DNA of 64,000 nt from Lingula anatina (Eukaryota > Animalia > Brachiopoda), in assembly GCA_051362555.1 (NCBI GenBank), contig CM120644.1, positions 4,720,954 through 4,784,953 of the forward strand. The letters are read 5' to 3'. A model generated the notes under the pieces. The model did no database searches and was not told the DNA's origin. It saw only the letters and a program-made list of their open reading frames with translations. Positions 1 through 13,236 of the stretch are shown in pieces. Made by a program: the position numbers and the translations under genes. Within the stretch, counting starts at the first letter, position 1; every line of letters begins with the position of its first letter.

Positions 1-2360
1 GTGCTACCATAGGTTAAGCGGTGACCTTGGTTTAAATTTTTTTTGTGCTTAAAATGACTAGCCAGTCATTATCACAGGGACCTTCTTTTCTATAAACTCC
101 AATGGAATATAAACATGTTCAGAACATTAAGGTTGTTTGTAATGAAAACAACCCAAAATTTGAATTAAGACACATTACTGACAAAAAAGTTCCTTTATTA
201 TCTACTGAATGAATGCTTGGTACAGAGTAAGCATAATTTACTTTCATATGTTCTTGTGGCCTTAGTAGTAGTAGTAGTAGTAGTAGCAATAGTAGTGTTG
301 ATGTTGTTGTTGTTTTTGCTTATTGTTCTAAATGATCATACTGGCGTTAAATTAGTTTTAATCAGTATAATTGAATGACGAACTTAAATAAATGTATTAA
401 AAACAATTTGAGAAATTTATGTTTAGCAAGCCGATCGCCTTTAGTAGCTAGATTGCATGAATATTAAGTTGACCTACATGATAATGATTGTAACTCTATA
501 GGTGATAAAGAGTAGTGACTAAAAAAGGATTGCAGTCAGACCAAAATGTGAATCTTTTACTCTGCTATATAACCATGGTATACTTGACATTAAATCTCTG
601 GGGATAGGAGAACAGAACATTAATAACACCGTGAAAACTTGAAAGTGAGTGTGGGTTTTCAACTGCCCGCCACAGAGTTGTTACAGAAGCCGTGGAGTTG
701 AAACTGTTTTGTTCTGGACACTATGATCAGTAAAATTAAAAAATAAGGTGAAATGCATTTGACTTACAACAGATAGTGTATTTCCTACTCTCTACTAGTA
801 TAATTAAGAAAAGGTTCTTATATCTTCTAATATAATTATATCCAAGTCAATAAAGCACAATTGTCTAAATTCAGCGTTATCTGCTGGTATTTTGTTGTTA
901 GTCGAAATGTGCGCAGGAGCTGGGGATTCAGTCTCTTCCTTTTCCATGCACATCAGTGGCTAGGGGATCTTGGGTACTTTTTTAAACCAAGCGTGTACTT
1001 AAATTAGTCAATGCTATATTACAGCTTTTTGGGAAATACACCTTTTCTCCCCAATCCCTCGTACCTACTTTTCCTGGTTGCTCTCCCACCACTCACTTAA
1101 GTAAGTGATCTAATTGTGCTTTCTATTCTCGCCTATCCGCCACCAACACCTCATATCTTTAAAAATATATACATTCTAATTATAACGTTCTGGTAATTCA
1201 AAGCAACAGCAACTATGTAAAGTGTCACTTTCCTTCACCCTATATTTTATTTTCACAAAACTCAAGAAAAAAAAAAAGAAATTAAGAAGTCCTTTATTTT
1301 GTAAGGAAACTAAATTAAAACACGAAGGAAATAAATACATATGTGAGCTTTTCGTCAGTATCGTTACAAGTCATGTGCAAGGCTTCCCTCAACCAAGTAG
1401 CGCAAGGTTCTACCTATACGATACAGAATGCATAAAATACCGCAACACGATGTTACACCTAATATCAAATTAAGCAATTTTGCACCCTCTCTTGCCTACA
1501 CCCCATTCCCGGCAGAAAGCATTCCTTATACGACACAAAAGACTGCCCTCTACCAGGGTGACATATTGATTTTCACAAGATATTCACAGATATGCATTTA
1601 GATAAATAGACAGTCATCTGATTCTCTGCCTTTTTGAAAACTTGTCTATAATATCTGCCACCCTAGTAGAGGCTAACTTAAGACACTGATAAAGTAATGC
1701 AATACAAAATATTTCTCACATTCTAATCGGTTTATAACAACGTCACCATCAATACGTACATGTTGTATATGAATTTTTAAAAGCTTTCACAGATATGGGA
1801 CTAAGAAGACTGAGCCACTCTGACTAAGTTTTGGCTCTCAGAGGACCATCTAGTGTAGATACAAAATAAGAGTCGTAACGGAATGCTTTTCACTGAAATA
1901 AGGCTAAATAATCTTAGTCACCCTCCATCTGGTTTCGGAATGAGAAGAATTATACAAAATACAACGCAAAAAAAGGAACTTTTGCCAAGACTGCAGCAAA
2001 TGCTGCATAGCTGACTTTGCCAAGGCCTTAAAAGAAAGAAAAAGACTCATAATCTGGTAAATACTCTACAACTGACGTGATTTTGACCACGAATTCGGTA
2101 CTTTTTGTGCCTTTTCTATTTTCTGATTGACTTCTTTAAAACACACACATGGTGTAAGAACAATTAAGTGAACAGTTTCGAGCATTTCGTAACTTGTTTG
2201 ATTGAGAAAGGTTGTTTCCCATTTAAAGCAAAATTTGACATATATAGTGTCCAACATACATTGTGCAGATGCTGAATTTGGCTGAGGAAATGAAACGTTC
2301 TTGAAAATAATATAGGCAATCATATATAAGCAAGCATGTTAAACGCTACATATATTTATT
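1..2360. repeat. Segmental duplicate of 12823-14480 (the region downstream of the SMB-domain gene), with about 0.76 kb extra at ~1097-1860
   Basis: Colinear shared blocks by eye, e.g. ctccaatggaatat..acatgttcagaa (97 vs 13022), ggagttgaaactgttttgttctgga (694 vs 13552), tttgccaagactgcagcaaa (1982 vs 14095), ggctgaggaaatgaaacgttcttgaaaataa (2281 vs 14398). Confidence 0.85.
1545..1674. mobile_element. Small degenerate MITE-like inverted repeat
   Basis: gccctctaccagggtgacatatt on the left is roughly the reverse complement of aatatctgccaccctagtagaggc on the right; no clear TSD. Confidence 0.35.
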
Positions 2361-2419
2361 ATTATATTTAAAGTTGAGTTGCTGGCGCAAAGGTTAGCGA
2401 GTTATTGCCGCAAAGTTAG

Positions 2420-3272
2420 CTATTCAGATAGCTCTGTTGGGTACATGGGATTCTAAAAAAAGGGGAGGCGTTGAAATGGGCGCCAGGGGGTCTGATAGGG
2501 GGAATACTGATAGGGGGAACATAGTGGTTTTTCCACCTTAATTTTTTTTTATTTTTGCAATTTTGTCAGTCTTGAGACAAAGAAGTGGTGGAGAAATGGG
2601 GGAGTTAATAAATCTCCTACTCCCCATCCTCTTGTTTTAACAAGAATTAAAATTGTCTTTTGAGTGGTAAGTTACACATGGTTCCTTTGAGACTGGTTAT
2701 AAAAGGTGTTACTATGATACAAATACCTGGGGAATAATCCCTTACAGTTTGATTTAAGATTTAATCTCTGGTACGCATTACTTCCATTGGCACTTGTCTC
2801 AAGCACCATTATCCAAAAACGCAGATTATAGAAATAGCACTGATTCGATGTTTTCTCTAAATCTGTGTTCGCTCATGGCAGATTTTGAACAAACACGCGC
2901 ACGCACACACAAACACACACTTCAAATTTAATAAGGTCAAAATGACCCCACTTCTTATATAGGTTTCTGAGTGATCTTACTATTTATATATAACAATGAA
3001 AAACAAATTACTGATAAACATAATGGAGTTTAAAAGCCACATCACGAAAGGCGTAACACGAATGCCAAAGCTTCCTTGAATGGACATGCATTGCAATGGT
3101 TAAACAGTGTGACTGTTTTATCATTATGGGATAGATCTTTGGATCTAAATAAAAGTGCACTCGACTTAAAACCATTGGGAGAGTGGGAAAAACGACTGAA
3201 AAACGACAAGATAGAATTTATCTTTTTTGAGGAAGATAGCTAACCATTCTCTAAATAATACCCCTCACTATT

Positions 3273-3312
<40 letters not shown>

Positions 3313-3711
3313 AATTTCAATGTAATACATGTATGTTTAGTAGGGTTCCCTTTCATGCTTTGTAATCTTTTTGCCTGTTTCTTTAACTTGCAATTTAAAG
3401 TAAATACTAAGGGGCATGTTGCTGTGCGTAGAAGTACATAAAAAAAAATAATAATAAACGTTCTCGTGCAAGGTAAAGCACGTAAAACCATGGGTAGAGC
3501 ATCTGACGTTTGGCATTTCATGAAACACGTATCAAATAATAGCAGCTAACACAGACAGCTCCACTTTAATGCTCCAAATATATTAATATCTGAAAGCTTG
3601 TTTTTGTTTTGAATATTGAAATGAAACGTCTTTAAACACACGCACACACACACACACATTTATATATGGGCACTCCTATAATATCAAGCGCGTTATTAGC
3701 CACACATATCT

Positions 3712-3754
<43 letters not shown>

Positions 3755-4620
3755 CATGTGGATGAGTTTCTGCAGAATAAGGGAAATGAAATTAAGTTTA
3801 AAATAATAGGAAGCAAAGTCTTAATTGTGTTACTTTTGGAATACAGGTGTTTGAATTATGACCTTGTCAAGGAAGTGCACATGCGTGTATTCAGATATCT
3901 ATTCAGATATCTATATCTAAAATTCTGAAATGGGGGAATGACTTTGCAACTTTGTCAGTCTTGAGCGCAGGAAGTGGTGGAAGAGAGGGGGCGCCAATAA
4001 ATCTGCTACTCCCACTACTTAGTAATTGTCGTAATTGTCTTTTGAATGGACATTTCCACATATTAAATGAGATTCCTGGGAGTCTGTTTAAAAAAACATC
4101 TAACTATAATTAAAATAAGAGGGGAAGGACCCCTCCTACTTTCAATTATAGTTAGATGTTTCATGTATATGTAGTTTAATTAAGATTTCACCTTTGGCAC
4201 GCAAAATATTAATTGGTACACTTCTCAAACTTTATACACATGTAGCCCAAAAACGCAGAAATAATGACTTGAGGAGGCATGTTTTATCTTAGTCAATATC
4301 GGCTCATGGCAGATTTTGAACAAACACGCGCCCACATCCATAAAAACACATTCAAATTAAATAAGGTCAAAATGTTATATAAGCCCTACGTGATCCAACT
4401 ATCACTATATAATGATGAAAAACAAATTTTGAAAAACATGATGACATGCCAAAGGAAATTCATCAAAATCACGAAAAAAAAAATCCAAGGTGTAACACGC
4501 ATGCCAAAGCGTCCTTGATTTGGCGTGCATTAAAATGGTTGGTCAGTGTGACCGTTTTATCATTATGGGATAGATCTTTGGGACTCAATAAAAATGCAGG
4601 GTATTCTCGACTTTGAACCA
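2420..4620. repeat. Direct duplication of about 0.7 kb (~2420-3190 vs ~3890-4620)
   Basis: Shared blocks: gctcatggcagattttgaacaaacacgcgc (2871 vs 4302) and gttttatcattatgggatagatctttgg (3115 vs 4554). Confidence 0.8.
3711..3754. repeat. (GATA)n microsatellite
   Basis: Seen directly. Confidence 0.95.
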
Positions 4621-5135
4621 GTTGAAGAGAAGACTTCAAGGGGAAGCAATTGGACCAAGGTTGAATTTGCCGCTGAGTGGTCGGTGATCTCCCTTCAAGA
4701 CAGAAAAGCTGTCGCTGAAACACAGGTAAGAGTTCTGATCGATATCTGTAGGACTTTCTAGAACTGTGGATATTTAAAATTCTAAAACCAAGACTACAGA
4801 CCATACATGTGAACATGAATAATATTTTTCAAATAAAAAAAACCGTAAAGTTATATCGGGCTTCATGTACCTATTTTTCGCAGTCGAATGAAAAGTTAGG
4901 CCTTAAAATGTATTGTTTCTCTTCAAGAACAATTGTGAAAATGGAGCATTTTTTTATGATATACATTCAGTCTAGATCATCACAACTCAGGTAAACAAAC
5001 TTTATATGTTATGCACACGCAGCACCATACGCAACATTGGAGTTGTTTTCCTTTTGGGGTTTGTCCTAAACTTTTACAAGTTTTCCTTTAAGTGTATTTT
5101 CGAGTTTGTATGATATTGGGATCCCGAATGACTTA

Positions 5136-5395
5136 GGCTTCATTCACATGCAATGTCTGTTTTCTAAATTCTATTTTCTATTCGCAGTATGTCTTATGAT
5201 CACGGTCTGTGCCCTGATTATATCCCGCGGCGTAATTACTGGCAGCGCGAGCCAGTTACTATAAGTTACTATAAGTAACTGGCTCGCGCTGCCAGTAATT
5301 ACGCGGCGGGATATTCAGGGCACAGACCGTGATCATAAGATAGCGCGAATAGAAAATAGATTTTTAGAAAATAGGCATTGCATGTGAACTAAGCC
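5136..5395. mobile_element. Palindromic PIF/Harbinger-type MITE
   Basis: The whole 260 bp is a near-perfect hairpin with ends ggcttcattcacatgc...gcatgtgaactaagcc. It is flanked by TTA at 5133-5135 and 5396-5398, a 3-bp TWA TSD typical of PIF/Harbinger. Confidence 0.85.
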
Positions 5396-5574
5396 TTAAA
5401 ATGGTGTTTCAGTCTATCATATGGTCCACACGCGGAACCGTGATTTAATCCGTTTAATGGCGCGTGTGGAAGCGAGGAGACCATTAGCGGATTAGTCGGC
5501 TCTTCTTTCATGTGGGGTAGTCACATTAGTAGTCACATTGGGTTTTCTCGGAATATCCATTATTGTTAGCCACC

Positions 5575-5725
5575 AGGGCCCGGTTTCATCAAGGCTTCAT
5601 AGTGCTATCCTCTGGATAAAAATGGTCGCTATAGTCTGGATACAGCTATCCAGAGGATAGTGCGTTTCATCAACAGTGGATAGCGTTATCCAGGGGATAA
5701 ATCAGCTTATCCAGAGGATAAAGTT
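5575..5725. mobile_element. Truncated non-autonomous DNA transposon fragment with repeated tatccagaggata motif
   Basis: Begins agggcccggtttcatcaa and carries four tatcc(a/t)(g/c)(a/t/g)ggata near-palindromic copies; no right end is visible. Confidence 0.4.
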
Positions 5726-5889
5726 TTCCGTAAGAACATAACTATATATGAATATAACGTCACATTATGTCGGTGTTTTGACGTGGCTGGATCAACGTTG
5801 ATTTTACGTTGAATTTAGGTAGATCAACTGCAATTCAACGTATCAACCTGTTTTCAACGTTGATCCAACGCGACTATGCCCGCTGAGAT

Positions 5890-8800
5890 AGTATGTATTT
5901 AGTATTAGCATCTGCTTCTTTAGGCTTTAAAATTCCAAAATGGCCTCCAAAACTCAGAAGGTCACATGTATTGAATTGTAATCAGTCATGAATAGGCATG
6001 TGGGCTTTGTAACTACCTGTATAATCAGCAGATTCCTACTTGTGCAGGACCTATTCTATAGAGTTTGTAAAAAAAAACACCAAGCATGATACATTTATTA
6101 TCTATGTACTGAAACAGTCCTTCTTTTGCTAAACCAACATAAGTAGTTTGGCCTTTTGCTCTGGATTTTCATTAAAATCAATTCCCAGTTAGCGTATCTA
6201 CTTTAATGGCACTCATGGGCGACTCCCCCCTTTCTAAGAAAAAAAAATCTATAAAATGTGAAAGAAACACCAAAATAACCTTGCCTCAAAGAGGCAAATA
6301 TAAGAAAGCCTGGGGTGCACCAATTTTGTTTGTTGGTTATGATTATTCATCTAGACCAGTGCATGGCGCTTCACAATATAAATGTTCTGCAAGGACATAT
6401 TTTTAAGTCACCATTCATGATCAAATGTTCACAAATATAACAAAAATGGTTAAGTACTAAAAGGAGGGCCACAGTTACACTCACTCGGTAATCTTATGAT
6501 GTTAACTTGTGCTTCAAAATAAATTAGAAAAGTTTCTAATTTCAGCTCTAAGAAATGGATTTTGTATATCCGCAGTAATGGCTACAGAGAATTTAGTGAA
6601 AATTAATGAGCAAAGAAATATCCCAAACAGAGAGTTGCATTGCAGGGTTCAATCTTCGTGCACTCAAAAAGAAGTAGGCGTTAAACTTTTAATTTGCCCA
6701 TTCGGCAACTGGATTAGTTACAAACTTATACTTGCAAATAACTGAACATAATAATAGAATTATTAAAATCCTTCAGAAAGTTAATACCTATAAAGCTTCA
6801 AAAATCCATGGTGTATTCTGAGGATTACCCCAGGAAATTAGTGCAATGTGGTCTTTGAAAGGTAAAAAAAATCCATCTGTTTTTCTGGCATCATTGTCTC
6901 TGTGGGACAATCCAGAATGAAGCCAGGGAGAGTATTCATTTACCCAGATGACAAAACTTACCTTTCCCATGTAGCTCCTACAACATTTGTCCGTAGTATG
7001 TGAGCAATTGCAAACTGTGGTGAGGGGAGTCAGAAGCATAGGGAAACTGGTCCTTTAAGGGTTCACACTATTAACCTACATCTCCTAGTATATATGCACT
7101 ACCACACCACACTTTTATATTCCTATTGTCCCTCATGCATGTAAACTGATGCTTTCTGGCCAATGACTCTTGGTATTTTGTTGGGGAAAGTGGATTACAT
7201 GTAGAAGTTATTGCTTTAGGCAAATTCTGAAAGCTGAGGGAAGCACAACTAAAACTATGCACACTTGAATAAATGCGAATTATTTAACCAAATACGTAAA
7301 AATGTAAAAAATGTGACATTCAAGTCCCTTGCAAATTAAAAATGAAAAAACTTAATAAAAGCAGTTTAGGTCTAGCTACAAACACTGGACAATACCACTG
7401 AATCAGAGTAATCAAAGTTATTAACCTGAAGAGTCGGAATATAAGCTATGTCAGAATATCGATGCAGTTCAATTGTTCAGTCAGAAAGGTTTCTTTTGTA
7501 AAATTTGATGTTAATAAAATGATACCAGGACCATATCATTCCACAGTCATTTATCTCCCCCAAAGTATTAGTTCAGTAGGGGTGACACTTCTATTGTCCA
7601 GTGTGTGTAGCTGTTATCCTCTGTTCAAAAATTGTCCATTTACTAAAGTAATAGGTTGATCGCCCATAAAATGTGCAACACCTACTTGACAAAATAATTT
7701 TCGTTAATTCAAAACTAATTTGTGAAAATACCTTGACATTTATATTTCTTGTGGCAACTATAAAATTGCTACATGCGGTGGTAACAACTTGACCAAAAGG
7801 AATCTTGTTTCTCTTTTTACTGTAATTTTGGATTTTAATGTAACTAAAGGAGCAGTTTTTGATAATTTACCTAAACTGAGATGTTTTCAAACCACAAAAT
7901 TTAAAAGATAATTATATGATTATGAAACAGAATGTTTACTTTAAAGAAGAGTTTTGGTGGCCATATTATTATTTTCAGACATGCCTCTATATCTAGAAGT
8001 TGCTTAGAATCCTTTTCTCTACAATTGTGCCAATTTTCATGCGTGTAGTTTTAAGTGCATGATGAATTCACCATACTGCTGCTGTGAGTGGCCTGTTTTT
8101 CTTACTTTTGGAGGCCATTTTGGATTACTATACACTTAGAGAAGCAGTTATTGATACTTCATTCATACCATAGTTTTGTCTAACCATATAATGTTGTCTT
8201 AAGCTAGTATACGATCAGATCTTTGAAGTTTTAATTTGAATGGGTATTTGTGGCGATATATGGGGATTGTTAGACATGTCCATAATTCCAAATTTCCTGG
8301 GAATCCCGTTCTACACAACTGTGCCATATGCCATGCTTGTAGTTTTTGATGAATCAACCATTCAACTGGATATCTTGGATTATTGGTCTGCTTTTAACTA
8401 ATGACGGCCATTTTGGACTTAATACACCTAACATGGCAGACATTGATACTGAATTCATACCATGGTGTTTTCTAACCTTTATATGATATTTTAAGCCAAG
8501 AGTATGTACTTGAAGTTAAAATTTGGAAGGGTATTTTGGCGGCCTTTTTAGAATTTTCAGACATGCCCATATATCCAAATTTGCTTAGGATTTCATTGTC
8601 CACAACTGTGCCAAATGCACAATTTTTCACTAAATTTCTGGACTAGTAATATTTCTACGACATATGGCGACCATCTTGAAATTTCTCAAAATGCCCAATA
8701 ATGCATGTTAGTTACGTATTGTTTTGTTAATAAGGTTGTAAAAAAACACATATAGAAACAAATTTCATTTGATTGCGAAAAATTCATCTTTCTAGCTAAT

Positions 8801-9020
8801 ATTAGTTGAAACTGTACTGTGATCTCTATTTCTATGGCTTTTGGCGACCATCTGGGAATTTCACAAAATGCACAAGAATACATGTTAGTTGCTCGCCACA
8901 TACATAGTATTTATGGTGGAAAACACTCAAAAACATATTTAATTTGATAGTGGACAGTGAATCTTTCTAGCTGGCATTAGTTGAAAACCCATGTACTACC
9001 TGTAGTAATCCTATGGCGAA
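5890..9020. mobile_element. Large decayed repeat or transposon remnant with internal tandem units and inverted arms
   Basis: About 290-bp units at ~7955-8650 and about 170-bp units at ~8660-9020 carry ggccattttg-type motifs. 5892-5952 is an inverted copy of 8107-8170. Confidence 0.5.
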
Positions 9021-9092
9021 ACTGTTTATCTCTTTATCATATTATAATGAATTTTGTTTTTTCTAATTAAGGTCATCGCTATAAGCAAGTGC

Positions 9093-12000
9093 ATGATGTT
9101 ACGTGGCGCCACAAGAGCAATAGTGTTGCACTCGCTTTTTCTGGCCTCTGTGCTTTGCCAGCGAGAAGGCAGTAGGTGTCTCGACAATGCGTGCAGTGCC
9201 CCAGCACCACCGGCATCTACCAGAGCTATTTCGACTCGTGAAGACAGTTTGGGCGATGTTTCCACTGCTTCCAACCAAAGGCCCGAAACTAGCACCGTTC
9301 CCCTCGAAAATGTGACTGCCACTGCACCAGATTATTGGAGTCAAGTGACTGCAGGTGAAAAGTTTTGTCTCTACACTGGAGACACTGTAGCATTGGCTGT
9401 TAATATAGCATGCTACTGTGATAAGTATTGCAACATCTTTGGTGACTGTTGTTCCGCCGTAAACATTACCTGCAACCACACCGATGAGTCTGATTCCAAA
9501 TCTTCATCAACGTCATCCAATGCAATAACCATAGGCCCTGATGACGTCACCTGTACATCGCAGATGACAAAGGACACGGTTAGTCCCAGAGGAGAAAAGC
9601 GCAAGCTTTTCTGGATGGTTTCAGCATGTCCAAATGATTGGTCGGACATGGGAATTCGCACAGCCTGTGAAAGACCGAATGCCTCAGATGAAGACGGAAT
9701 GGCTGTTCTACCGGTTTCGGATTCCGTTTCCGGACTTACCTTTAAGAACTCATTCTGTGCATTTTGTCATGGCGTGACGTCATACAGGGCATGGCCAGCG
9801 TTTGTCTTTTGCACCTGGCTTTCTAGTGACTTCTTTGCAGACAGCAAAAACACATCTGATATTTTCCATCTTGTTCATGTTACTCGCGACTGCCAGGTGT
9901 TTTTTCAAGAACCGAAAGGAATCGTCGGTAGGCCGTGTATCAAAGATGGAACTCACGTTAGGGGGTATCGTTGGTATCAAAATGGGCGGCATTGTCGGGA
10001 AGAAAACCCTTATCGGGACTTTTGCGAAAGGGGTCAAAGTTTGCCTATCACACAAACGGAGGAGTTTGATTGTGGATTTTTGGTGAAAAATTATTACAGA
10101 AATCACTTTTGTTGGATTTGCCAATATGCGAATAAGCCGGCAATTAATCAGTGCCCGGAGCAGATTACACAGGATACAGGTAATTAAATTCTCTAATATA
10201 AGCGGTTTAGTCATTTTTAAGATATTGGATATTTGTCATTATAGCATTTGATTTTGGTAATAAAAGGCAGTTTTTATAATCCCTTCACACATCCCACTCT
10301 TCCCCATACCCCCGGGGGATGTGGCCTGTTTGGGGGATTTTTTGCGACTAGTCAATCCTATGGATGCATAATCGATCATTTTCTCAGCTTTTTTACGTTG
10401 ACAAAAATCGATGTAAAGATCAGTAGGATGTTTGTCGATGTTTGTCAAACGCTGAAACCCTAGGGCTGCGTTACTCCAAGAGCCTGTTCAATAATAATAA
10501 TAATAATAATAATAATAGGACTGATAATTTTATGTAAGATTAGATCATATAAAAGCCCTCACTCTACACAGTGGGGCTTTGAATATTATTCTTTGCGGTG
10601 ACGTGGTGTACCTGAGCACATCACTCTGCACAAATATTTTGATAGCCCTTTAATAGTAAGGATATACTGGAATGAACAAATCTTATATCTAGCATTTGAT
10701 ATATGTATCTTTTATTTTAGTTAGATAAAAAGGATTACCCGAAGTTTGACACTGTCTCTTATGTGTTCTGTTTCAGAGGAAGAATCGCGACGTTTCAGTC
10801 CTTTTGGATTTCGCGCCTTAGTAGATATATCTTCACCCGCACAACCAGTTTCCTGTTCGGCAAACGAGGTTCATACTATTATGGTAAGGAGAGCCTACTC
10901 GTACCACAGGCTATTTGGTTAGGCAAGACAATTTGATAAGTTGTTTAACAAGCCGCAAATCTCATTTATTGGTAAGCGGAATTTATTTTTGTTTTTGCAT
11001 AGTAGTTATATCTCATTTTTCTTTTTTTTTTTTAATCAAAAAGTGTAGGCGATTTAGAGCATATAAGAACAGCATGAATGTTTTTTCCTGGGGTCAGTCG
11101 AAATTAATATAACCAATTACTAGTACCTAATGTATTTTTTAGAGGAGACAAAGGTAGGTGGAAGTATTTGAATTTCTCACAAATGTGGTTGGTCGCAAGA
11201 GCTAGTCATATTTGTGAAGATTTTGAAATCCATTTGAGATGTACCATAGAAAAATTTTCTCCCACCGTTAAATAGACTATAGAAATATCTTGGCTCGGAT
11301 TGCATCAGCGTCGTTTACACTAACGAAGCAATTTGACCGACATGAAATGGCACTTTTTTTTAACTGAGAAAATTAAAGAAAACACCGTTTAATTTCTCTG
11401 ATGTTGGTGAATATAATTTAGGGCAATCTTCAATGTTTTAGTCTATTAATAATCACCAAAGCATTAACACATTGTGAAACATTGTCTGATCATGGTGGTA
11501 GAGGATGTGTTTAGATTTAATTACCTTCTTAATCCAGGAACGCTGCCCAGACGAGGAAGATTCGGACCCCTGCCCGTCACTATTCACATACATATACAAG
11601 GCGGCATACACACTCACATTGCTTTTTAAGGTAAAAGTTAACACGACTGAGACCATTAGCGCCTGTGAAGATTTCGGCAAACGTCTCTCATTGGGACAAA
11701 TAAACATGGACAATGAATTTAGGGACTTCTGGATGGTTAGGAGACCGATGTTTCACAGATGTCGCGCGGTGAACAGCTCCAACCTTGATCGACCTGATAC
11801 GAGAAACTACGGTGCTGTTATCGGAAACTTTGGTTTATTGTTTCGGGGAACAGTAAAAACTTACAAAGAGGGATTACCTTTTCTATCAGTATTGCAAGAT
11901 AAGTTTGCCGAGAGAATGCCGACTTATAGTTACAGAGGCATAGATTTTCTGATAGAGGTACGGGATCGCGTGAAGATCTCAGCTTGTCCAGTGCGCACTG

Positions 12001-12137
12001 ACCGCGGGTCTGATCGACAGGCACCGACAGGATTGCTGCTCCCTAGTATAACCGACCGTACACCGCCCAACAGTGGGGTATGCGGACTTTTGATGTCTCC
12101 ACTGATGTTTTTAGCTTTGGGAATGCTAGCCATATAG
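9093..12137 (+). CDS. Secreted or GPI-anchored somatomedin-B-like cysteine-rich protein (~597 aa), 3 coding exons
   Basis: Exons 9093-10179, 10777-10883 and 11538-12137, with GT-AG junctions and consistent phases (1, 0). Signal peptide MMLRGATRAIVLHSLFLASVLC; SMB-like CYCDKYCNIFGDCC; Cys module WMVSACP...PVSDSVSGLTFKNSFCAFCHG; terminal hydrophobic tail (VCGLLMSPLMFLALGMLAI*). Confidence 0.85.
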
Positions 12138-12822
12138 GTGTGAAATGCAATGAAGTTACGTTTCTACATGAAATAAAACGTCAACATGACAGAGCAAGAA
12201 AACAAAACACCTGTTTTTGAAGATATTCATCTAGTCGACACGAGGTAAGGCAAAGAATGTCATGCCAAATACTATGTATAGGCCCTTAGGAATATGATGC
12301 CTTTTTGTATCTCCGACATGATGTAGAAATTTGCACCTTTGATGGCTTTGCGGCATACACTTTTTTGTCTATCACATTTACAGTTTTTAGCTGCCGATAT
12401 GAACATGCTTATAAAGATGCATATTATACAAGGCGTATAACCATAAAATGAGTAAAAAAATGTTGGTCGTTTTTATTTCTTCATTACTTCAACATGTGGC
12501 AAGATTGTTTACAATGTATGGGGTTTTTCAGATAGTATTTCTTAAAGGAGTCCGCCTATTTTGTGACAGTATTCTGTATTTTTTTTATTGTCAGCGTTTC
12601 GATGACTTACTGTCAGTATTTTTCTGTATTATTTTTTGTTAATATTATAGCTATGATTAATGGTTATAACCTTAAATGTTCTGAACATGTTGAATACATT
12701 TATAAAATCCATGCACACAATTGTATTATCTACGCCAACTTAAACGTCTGAAGCTGTCCTGATCAGATCTTGCACAGGTGCTCCAAATATTAATTTGCTC
12801 TGTAGTGGAATATTCTTGCCCT

Positions 12823-13202
12823 GTGTGTTACCCTAGGTTAACCAGTGAGCAGTGAAATATAAAAGAACCCAATCGGGCGAGGGCACTTTGAATTATACAG
12901 GTATTCCCGGATTTGATGTCGATATATCATATATCATATATCATATATCACGTGGATTCGACCTTTGATAAAATTTATAAACGTTGGTTTTTGATTAAAA
13001 TAACTGACCAGTCATTATAACAGCGACCATTTTTCTATAAGCTCCAATGGAATATCAACATGTTCAGAATATTAAGGTTGTTAGTAATAAAAACAACCTA
13101 AAAGTTGAATTAAGACGCTTCAATGACATACGTTCCTTTATCATCAACTGAATGAATGCTTGGTACAGATTGATTATAATTTACTATCATATGTTATTGC
13201 GG

Positions 13203-13236
<34 letters not shown>

